DNA from: Chrysochromulina tobinii
Taxonomy: Eukaryota
Direction of reading: 5' to 3'
NCBI GenBank assembly: GCA_001275005.1
Contig: JWZX01001854.1
Span: 1 to 33,984, forward strand
Length of the DNA: 33,984 bases
Of the stretch, positions 28,113-33,984 are shown in pieces (within the stretch, counting starts at the first letter, position 1; every line of letters starts with the position of its first letter). The notes below the pieces were generated by a model. That model was not told the origin of the DNA. It saw nothing but the letters and a program-made list of their open reading frames with translations, and did no database searches. The translations under genes and the position numbers were made by a program.

Positions 28113-29600
28113 TCATGCGCCATGGTTTATACCCCGCAGCCGGTGCCTGCTCCCGGCATGGCTCCCGGGTGCCACTGGCGCTTCTCGCCGGGCTGCCGCG
28201 GCGGAAGGTCGCGTGTCGTGGCGCAGCTCATCTCGTAAGAGCCCCAGGATACCATCCATGCCCATCATAGACGTTGGCATGACGCCACCTTGATCCCCGC
28301 TGCTGGCGGCCGATCGGCGCCAAGTGTCCTGCCAAGCGGCGAAGCTGATCGCTTCCGTAGAGCCAAACGAGGCGAACACCTCGCCTACTAGCAGGTCCAC
28401 CTGCCCATCCAGCTCGTCAATCGCCGCCGCGGCGACCGCACTCGCCTGGTCGCACACGCCCTCAGCTTGGCACTCCCGCACGGCCAGGGGCACAGCTCGG
28501 GCTCCTGCGTCATCGGAGCCCAGTGCTGCGGCTGCCGTTTCCTTGCGCACTTGGCGGCGCACGAGCAATGGTAAAAGGCGCCGGGCAAGGGCAAGTTGCC
28601 GCCTCATCGACAGCGCGAGGTCATCCCGCTCCACAGCGCCCGAGCCGTTGTGATCGAGCTTCCGGAACATGTGGTCCATACGCTCCTCATCAGACGCCTT
28701 GGTGAGCAGCCAGAGGTTGTGACTGAACTCCTCTCGCTCGATGGTTCCATTGGCGTCGTCGTCGAATTCGACAAACCACGCAGCCAGCAACACTTCCGAG
28801 ACGGGGCCGTCCCACGCCGCCGTGCTCGGTGACCTGATCTCGACCCCTTGGGCGCCATCTTGGGCGATGCCTAGATGGCGGCATGCCTCAACAAAGCGGC
28901 CCAGCGAAAGGGCGCCGTCGACGGCGTGCGCGTCAAAGGCGATGTCGACCTGCTGGCGCCAGAGTGGCTCCATGGCCACGGCTGCTGCCGCACTGGCTGT
29001 GCGCGGAGTTGCAGTCAAGGACGCCCTCGTACACACAGGTGAGGAAGTTTCAGCCGTTTTTGCCGATGTTGGAAGCTCCAACTTCTTCCTTGCGGCGAGC
29101 TCGTCGCAGCGGCGTTTGAAGGCAGCCATCTGTTCAGCTGCCACGCGATCGATCACTCGTGCGAGCGCCTGATCGTACACGATGGAGCGCAGCTGCATAA
29201 TCAGCTCGAAGTGAGCATCGCACGTACCAGGAACGGCGCCGTCGAAAAATCTCCACGAGGTAATGAGCTGCTCAAAAAGTGGCGTGTGCGAGGCGCTCGC
29301 CACAATCGCTGACGGCGGCATGAGGCGCACGCGGCTCACGTACTCATCGGAGAAGGCGAGGAAGCCGAGCGAGAGCTCTGCTTCGAACTCGGCTGCGCCA
29401 TGGCGCTTCACGATGCGCGACATTTTGCAAAAGGGAAGGAACTGCGAGTAGCTCCCCACGTCAGCGACGACAGAATACACGGCCTCACGTGGATGCGCCA
29501 GTGTCTGCCTCAGGGCGACCGTGCGCCTAGAAGGGCTGCTGAAAAACCCTCGCACAGTGCCAATGCCACGACCACAGCTGCGACGCACTGCAAGACCCAT
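28113..29600 (-). CDS. COQ10: COQ10-like START-domain protein fused to an EF-hand domain
   Basis: VYSVVADVGSYSQFLPFCKMS, AELSLGF..FSDEYVSRV, LFEQLITSWRF, MAAFKRRC; EF loops DDDANGTIEREE and DHNGSGAVERDD; mitochondrial-type N-terminus. Confidence 0.88.
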   Translation of the reverse strand: MGLAVRRSCGRGIGTVRGFFSSPSRRTVALRQTLAHPREAVYSVVADVGSYSQFLPFCKMSRIVKRHGAAEFEAELSLGFLAFSDEYVSRVRLMPPSAIVASASHTPLFEQLITSWRFFDGAVPGTCDAHFELIMQLRSIVYDQALARVIDRVAAEQMAAFKRRCDELAARKKLELPTSAKTAETSSPVCTRASLTATPRTASAAAAVAMEPLWRQQVDIAFDAHAVDGALSLGRFVEACRHLGIAQDGAQGVEIRSPSTAAWDGPVSEVLLAAWFVEFDDDANGTIEREEFSHNLWLLTKASDEERMDHMFRKLDHNGSGAVERDDLALSMRRQLALARRLLPLLVRRQVRKETAAAALGSDDAGARAVPLAVRECQAEGVCDQASAVAAAAIDELDGQVDLLVGEVFASFGSTEAISFAAWQDTWRRSAASSGDQGGVMPTSMMGMDGILGLLRDELRHDTRPSAAAARREAPVAPGSHAGSRHRLRGINHGA

Positions 29601-29662
29601 CAAAAAATGCGTGTGAGAATCTCTCGGGAAGAAGTCGGGATTCTCTCCAGTCTCGGGACAGG

Positions 29663-29700
29663 AAGTTCAAGTTCAAGTTCAAGTTCAAGTTCAAGTTCAA
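29663..29700. repeat. (AAGTTC)6 microsatellite between the COQ10 start and the long ORF
   Basis: Six perfect units followed by AA; the last A (29700) is the A of an ATG. Confidence 0.95.
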
Positions 29701-32700
29701 TGGCGACGTCGTCGCCGCGCCTGGGCGCCGCTGCCGGCGCGAGATATCGGGAGGTCGCATTTCGACGCAACTTGCTGGGGCAGATAGCCCCAAACCGGAG
29801 CATTATCCTCATCTACTTCTTTCTGATCGGCGCGCGCTCCCACCTTGCTAATTTTGGTCATTTCTACTACAGTACTGTAAAGAGCCATGCTTCGGCTGGT
29901 CTGACCGCCGATCGGGGCGATGTCAGGACCGCGCGCGGTGCGGGGAGATGGCCTGAGGCCCCACCTTTACTGGACAATCGTCTGCGCGTCTCGACGCGCG
30001 CATGCGGAGCCTCTATTTCTCTTTTTGTGCCCTTTTTGGCCAGACTGCGGCCCGTCAACGAATTCGAGGCGGTTTTTAGCGCTCACGAGAGCGATCGGGG
30101 GCGCGCGGTCGGCTCTTCTACATGGACCAACCTACTGAGTGCCCGCGGCGAGCGGCGGTGCGGCGCGGATCGTGCGCGCTTCCTCCCCTTCTGGAGCTTG
30201 TGCATCAGCCCGCCTCGATGGAACACAGAGGAGTTTTTCCTGGGGTCCTGCAAGGCGAAGATCTTGCTGAGCGGATCGATCGCCCAGGCTACGTCGATAC
30301 TGACAGTGATGCTGTGCCGGCAGGCCGGCCTCCTGCAGCGCGCTGTCACGGCGAGCGCGGGCTTCCTCCGCGCTACGATGATAGTGAATGGATGCGCATC
30401 GCTGCTGCTGCCGCAGCAGCAGCTGCGCGTGAAGAGGAGCTTGACAACGAGCGTGAGCTTCTTTTCGAAGGCGAAGCTGCTGATTCTGAGCAGGAGCGTG
30501 ACGCACATTGCGCACGTCTCAGCGAGCTTCATCGAGCTGCGTGCTTGCGGCGCGTTTCCGGGCCCGCTTTCAAGCAGCAAGTCGGTTCTGGCTACGCTCG
30601 CACGACCTTCGCCGGGCTGGCCGACGCTGCTGCCGCAGTCTATCGATGCCGTCGTCCTGGCTGCCACGCTCTCGTGGACGCCGGCAGGGCGCGCGCAGCG
30701 GCCTGCAAACGACCTCACGGTTCCTTCTATGAAGGCGATGGATGCGCCGGGCCGCGTTGCGCCACTCGCTGGAGACCAGATCGTTACGTGCCGAGGCAGT
30801 GCGCGTTGGCGTACAAACTGTTTCATGGCAGGCGGCGCCTGGCCGATTGGCCCGCCCGCGTGGGCGGCGGCATTGGTACGCGACGCTCCAGGGCTTCCGG
30901 CGCGCGAGCAGCGCTCCTGGCTCTCGCATGGCTGCGGGAGCTCGGCCTTTACGAACTCGAGTGACGATCCGGCGAATGCCGGCAGGAGCGCGACCTGGAT
31001 CGAGATCGGCGTTGCGATGCTAACCGTCGGCCCGCAGCTGATCGACTTGTTGTTCCAGTTGTTCCAGCTGCTCTTCTCGGACCGCGGGCGAGCATCATCA
31101 TCTTCTTCTTCTTCTTCACATTCTTCTTCTTCTTCTTCATTTTCTTCTTCTTCTTCTTCTTCTCTCTCATCGTCCTCGCTTCCCTCGCCTTCTTCACCAC
31201 GCCCTGTGTTGACAAGCACCAGGAGCATTAGGGAGCAATCCGCCTTATGGGGTGGCGGAGCCAACTCACAGCCAGTGCCGACGTCGCTCATGGCGAGGGC
31301 GACGGCGAATACTTGTGTCGCGTTGACCGAGGCGCTGGAGGCGCTGCGCAGCTTGGGCGCGCGACCCATGTGGCTGCCGGCCGCATGGGGTGCATGGCAG
31401 GCGCCTCGCCTACCGCCCGGCGTCGTCGTGCACGCGAGGGTCATCGATTTCCTCGAGCGTGGCTACCTCATCAATGAGGCGGCCCGATGGTTGCGCGAAC
31501 TAGGCGCCGAGGTTACGCATGAAGTATGCGGCAATAGGCCTCTGCAGGGGAAGAATGGCTGCGGGATCGCCGCGGGCGGTGCCTGCGGCGCGCTCGCCGC
31601 AGCGGGGCCTCTCTGGAGTGCTATCCGAGACGCTGACGTCAGCCTCGCAACCGACGGTGCTTTCGTACAGCGCATCAGCGCCGAGCTCGGTTTCGAGCCA
31701 GCGCGCTTGCTCGACGAGACTGACGTGGGCAGAGTGCTCGACACGGTGCGGCCGTCTGCAAATGGCGGCGCTGCCTACGCCGGTTACTTCGAATGGTGTT
31801 CCGTAGTTCCTGTGGACCTGCTCTGTCACGTGCTCGTCAACGACATCGAGTCAGTCGGCGCCGGCGGCGGCAGGAAGCTCAAGATAGCGGCAGTTGCCAA
31901 TCAGCTGTCTAACGGAGAGTGCGTGCTCGGGCACCCACACTGGATCACCGTGGCGTACGAGGTGAGCCTGGAGTCGCGCGTAGCTGCCAACGGTGCTTCG
32001 GCCGACGGCACCAGAGGAGCGAGCAGAGCAGTTTCGTCAAACGGACGGCCGGTGCGTGAGTCTCGGGAGCCGGCACGCCTCGAGCAACGTGACTGGCGAG
32101 CGGCTGCGGCGCGCCGCGCCGCTGACAGCGCCTCACCTGGGGTGGCACGGGCTGGTGCACCTAAGGGCGCCGTGAAGAACGCGCCCCCAGCCTCCTTCGT
32201 CAGCAGCAAGACCTGGACGGGCGCCGTCTCTGGCAAAGTTTTCAAGCAGGGTGAGCATGGGCTCGGATACTACCAGGATGCGCCGGAGATCAATCCGGCC
32301 GGCTCGTACGCAGCGCAGCGCACGCACGGGGGAGAACAGATGGCCCCCAAGGCGGTGTCCAAGGGCGCGGTTGCGACGAGTCTCTGCCCCTGTCGGCAGG
32401 GGTGCGACTGCGCACGGTGCATACCGCGTCACGCTGACGCCAGGCGAGTGCGCTTCGCCGAGGAGGCCGATCGCCCGCCACCGCCCTTGCCTCGGCATCG
32501 CATCACAGTGGCGGGCGGCAACGTCAATAAGTCCGATGCCGGCGAAAAGACGATCGCTTTCGTCATACGCCAACTGGGCGGAGCCAACAAGATGCGGAAG
32601 CCGCGCGACATTCTCAAGGAGGGGCTACTCAAGGCGCTCTCAGCTCTAGGCGTAGATGACGGAGTCCTCGACGATTACGATGCGCTGCTGGCGTTGCTTC

Positions 32701-33984
32701 GCGAGCGCCTTGCCGCTAGTCAGGCCGCCGCGATTACCGCAGCGGCAACCGCGGCTGCCACAGGCGCTACGAAGGCAGCAGGGACAGTGGTCGTGGTCAC
32801 TGCCGTACAGGAAGATGCCATGCGCAAGGCGCAGGGCGGAGCGGGCAGCGCTGCTGCCGACAAAGGCGTGCGATCGCGCGATTGCATGAAAGGTTTCGGC
32901 ATGCCGGGCGATGACGCGGTACAGAGAGTCAACGAAGTGCGCGTTATCGAGCAGATGGTGGCAGCCTCGGCGGCGCACGACGCTCACGCGCGCGCCTTCA
33001 ACCTCGTCTTCCCTCCATCATCGTCGCCCTTACCGGCTTCACCGCCACCGCCACCGCCACCGCCATTTCCTCCTCCATTTCCTCCTCCTCCGCCATCGTC
33101 ACCATCTCCATCTTCTTCTTCTTTTTCTTCTTCTCCTTCATCTACATCACCTTCCTCACCTTCGTCACCTCCATCTTCATCGCCTTCCCTGCTTCCACCA
33201 CCGTCGCTGCAGCCTCCACCAACGTCGCCATCGCAGCCGTCGTCACGGCCACCGCCACCACCACCGCTTCCATCAATTGCGGACGCCAAGGCGGTGATCT
33301 ACGCTCTGCGGCGCTCGCGACGTGCAATCTACATGGCGCTCGCCAGCAACGGGGTTGCTGCTGAGATCGGGATGCCGGTTTTCTGCAGGCTCGAGCTCGA
33401 GCCGGGGCAGCTGCCGCATGAGGCCTGGCGCTTCGCCGTCATCCGTGGTTTCTCTGTCGACGAGGCCGGCGACGCGGAGGCGCTCGTCGAGTTCCGTGTC
33501 AAAGGCAGCACATGGTCGCCAAAGGATTATCCGTACGGTGCCAAGTGGCCGGGCAGCTTGCTTCAACTCGCCACGCATCGACCGCGCAGACAGACTACGC
33601 TGGGACAACAGCGGGTGCCACTCTGGCGACTGCTTGCTGAGGACGGCGTCAACCTGGTCGGGATCCCGGGCGGCGACGCGAGCGTCCTGCTCTCAAACTC
33701 GAGCGAGATTCCTCGGGTGACGAGCGTGAGAGGAGCTCGCAGAATCAGCGAGCTGCTATGTGCGCAGGCGGACAGCAAGGATGACAGCGCTGTCAGCACC
33801 GCGAGCTCGGCATCACTCCAGAAACCTGCGCAGTCTGCGCGTAACGGCACTCGCACTGACACTCGCTCGCCGCACGCGGAAGTTAATGGCGATTCCCCAG
33901 CAGGCACCGGAAACGGAGAGCGCGCCGCTCGATTTCGCGCGGGCGAAGGGCTGGCGCTCCGAGCCGGAGCCCTGCAGCGCGTGT
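29700..33984 (+). CDS. very long ORF (>=1428 codons, 3'-incomplete): cysteine-protease-like, GLGYY-motif and Tudor-like segments; true start uncertain
   Basis: Manual translation of the frame with codon starts at multiples of 3 shows no stop from ATG 29700 to the window end. It is absent from the ORF track, presumably because no stop is reached. It reads as clearly protein-like from ~31290 (alternative ATGs 30309, 30729, 31017, 31290). Confidence 0.75.
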   Translation, partial: MATSSPRLGAAAGARYREVAFRRNLLGQIAPNRSIILIYFFLIGARSHLANFGHFYYSTVKSHASAGLTADRGDVRTARGAGRWPEAPPLLDNRLRVSTRACGASISLFVPFLARLRPVNEFEAVFSAHESDRGRAVGSSTWTNLLSARGERRCGADRARFLPFWSLCISPPRWNTEEFFLGSCKAKILLSGSIAQATSILTVMLCRQAGLLQRAVTASAGFLRATMIVNGCASLLLPQQQLRVKRSLTTSVSFFSKAKLLILSRSVTHIAHVSASFIELRACGAFPGPLSSSKSVLATLARPSPGWPTLLPQSIDAVVLAATLSWTPAGRAQRPANDLTVPSMKAMDAPGRVAPLAGDQIVTCRGSARWRTNCFMAGGAWPIGPPAWAAALVRDAPGLPAREQRSWLSHGCGSSAFTNSSDDPANAGRSATWIEIGVAMLTVGPQLIDLLFQLFQLLFSDRGRASSSSSSSSHSSSSSSFSSSSSSSLSSSSLPSPSSPRPVLTSTRSIREQSALWGGGANSQPVPTSLMARATANTCVALTEALEALRSLGARPMWLPAAWGAWQAPRLPPGVVVHARVIDFLERGYLINEAARWLRELGAEVTHEVCGNRPLQGKNGCGIAAGGACGALAAAGPLWSAIRDADVSLATDGAFVQRISAELGFEPARLLDETDVGRVLDTVRPSANGGAAYAGYFEWCSVVPVDLLCHVLVNDIESVGAGGGRKLKIAAVANQLSNGECVLGHPHWITVAYEVSLESRVAANGASADGTRGASRAVSSNGRPVRESREPARLEQRDWRAAAARRAADSASPGVARAGAPKGAVKNAPPASFVSSKTWTGAVSGKVFKQGEHGLGYYQDAPEINPAGSYAAQRTHGGEQMAPKAVSKGAVATSLCPCRQGCDCARCIPRHADARRVRFAEEADRPPPPLPRHRITVAGGNVNKSDAGEKTIAFVIRQLGGANKMRKPRDILKEGLLKALSALGVDDGVLDDYDALLALLRERLAASQAAAITAAATAAATGATKAAGTVVVVTAVQEDAMRKAQGGAGSAAADKGVRSRDCMKGFGMPGDDAVQRVNEVRVIEQMVAASAAHDAHARAFNLVFPPSSSPLPASPPPPPPPPFPPPFPPPPPSSPSPSSSSFSSSPSSTSPSSPSSPPSSSPSLLPPPSLQPPPTSPSQPSSRPPPPPPLPSIADAKAVIYALRRSRRAIYMALASNGVAAEIGMPVFCRLELEPGQLPHEAWRFAVIRGFSVDEAGDAEALVEFRVKGSTWSPKDYPYGAKWPGSLLQLATHRPRRQTTLGQQRVPLWRLLAEDGVNLVGIPGGDASVLLSNSSEIPRVTSVRGARRISELLCAQADSKDDSAVSTASSASLQKPAQSARNGTRTDTRSPHAEVNGDSPAGTGNGERAARFRAGEGLALRAGALQRV
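29863..33984 (+). mobile_element. candidate Helitron-like or other large transposable element (5' portion only)
   Basis: TCTACTACAGTACTGTAAAG resembles Helitron 5' termini. It is followed by a giant intronless multidomain ORF with visibly more A/T-ending codons than flanking genes. No transposase domain lies within the window. Confidence 0.35.
30122..30964 (+). CDS. 280-aa ORF overlapping the long ORF in another frame
   Basis: Natural-looking acidic helix REEELDNERELLFEGEAADSEQERDAH and Cys/His-rich C-half (CRRPGC...CKRPH...CAGPRC). Confidence 0.4.
   Translation: MDQPTECPRRAAVRRGSCALPPLLELVHQPASMEHRGVFPGVLQGEDLAERIDRPGYVDTDSDAVPAGRPPAARCHGERGLPPRYDDSEWMRIAAAAAAAAAREEELDNERELLFEGEAADSEQERDAHCARLSELHRAACLRRVSGPAFKQQVGSGYARTTFAGLADAAAAVYRCRRPGCHALVDAGRARAAACKRPHGSFYEGDGCAGPRCATRWRPDRYVPRQCALAYKLFHGRRRLADWPARVGGGIGTRRSRASGARAALLALAWLRELGLYELE

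Noticed and set aside
29663..29700. (AAGTTC)6 as an interstitial telomere repeat
   Set aside because: It is not a G-rich TTAGGG-type unit; treated as a microsatellite.
30949..31215. Poly-Lys and poly-Glu minus-strand ORFs
   Set aside because: They are the antisense reading of the (TCT)n poly-Ser linker of the long + ORF.

Overview
GC-rich, gene-dense eukaryotic nuclear DNA, most likely a haptophyte alga of the Chrysochromulina type. The assignment is inferred from plastid- and mitochondrion-targeted proteins, short spliceosomal introns with CTGATTGCC/CTGATGACCT motifs, and very short head-to-head intergenic spacers. About 20 genes are supported: a PDZ protein, AlkB-like dioxygenase, lumenal FKBP, J-domain protein, deoxynucleoside kinase, double-HRDC protein, NADH-cytochrome b5 reductase, mitochondrial L17, gamma-tubulin complex GCP2, CPBP protease and several hypotheticals. 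No rRNA, tRNA or CRISPR was seen. Main observations: (1) a stop-free frame 29700..>33984, missing from the ORF track, encoding a possibly permuted papain/Ulp1-like protease, a GLGYY motif and a Tudor-like domain, with a Helitron-like 5' terminus at ~29863; (2) a degenerate Hsp70 substrate-binding domain fused through a 1-nt frameshift to a METTL21-family methyltransferase, head-to-head with a 41-aa precursor-like peptide ORF; (3) a COQ10-EF-hand fusion; (4) introns that carry copies of their own flanking exon; (5) an exact 99-bp segment shared by two unrelated genes. All domain calls come from reading motifs by eye; no database search was run.
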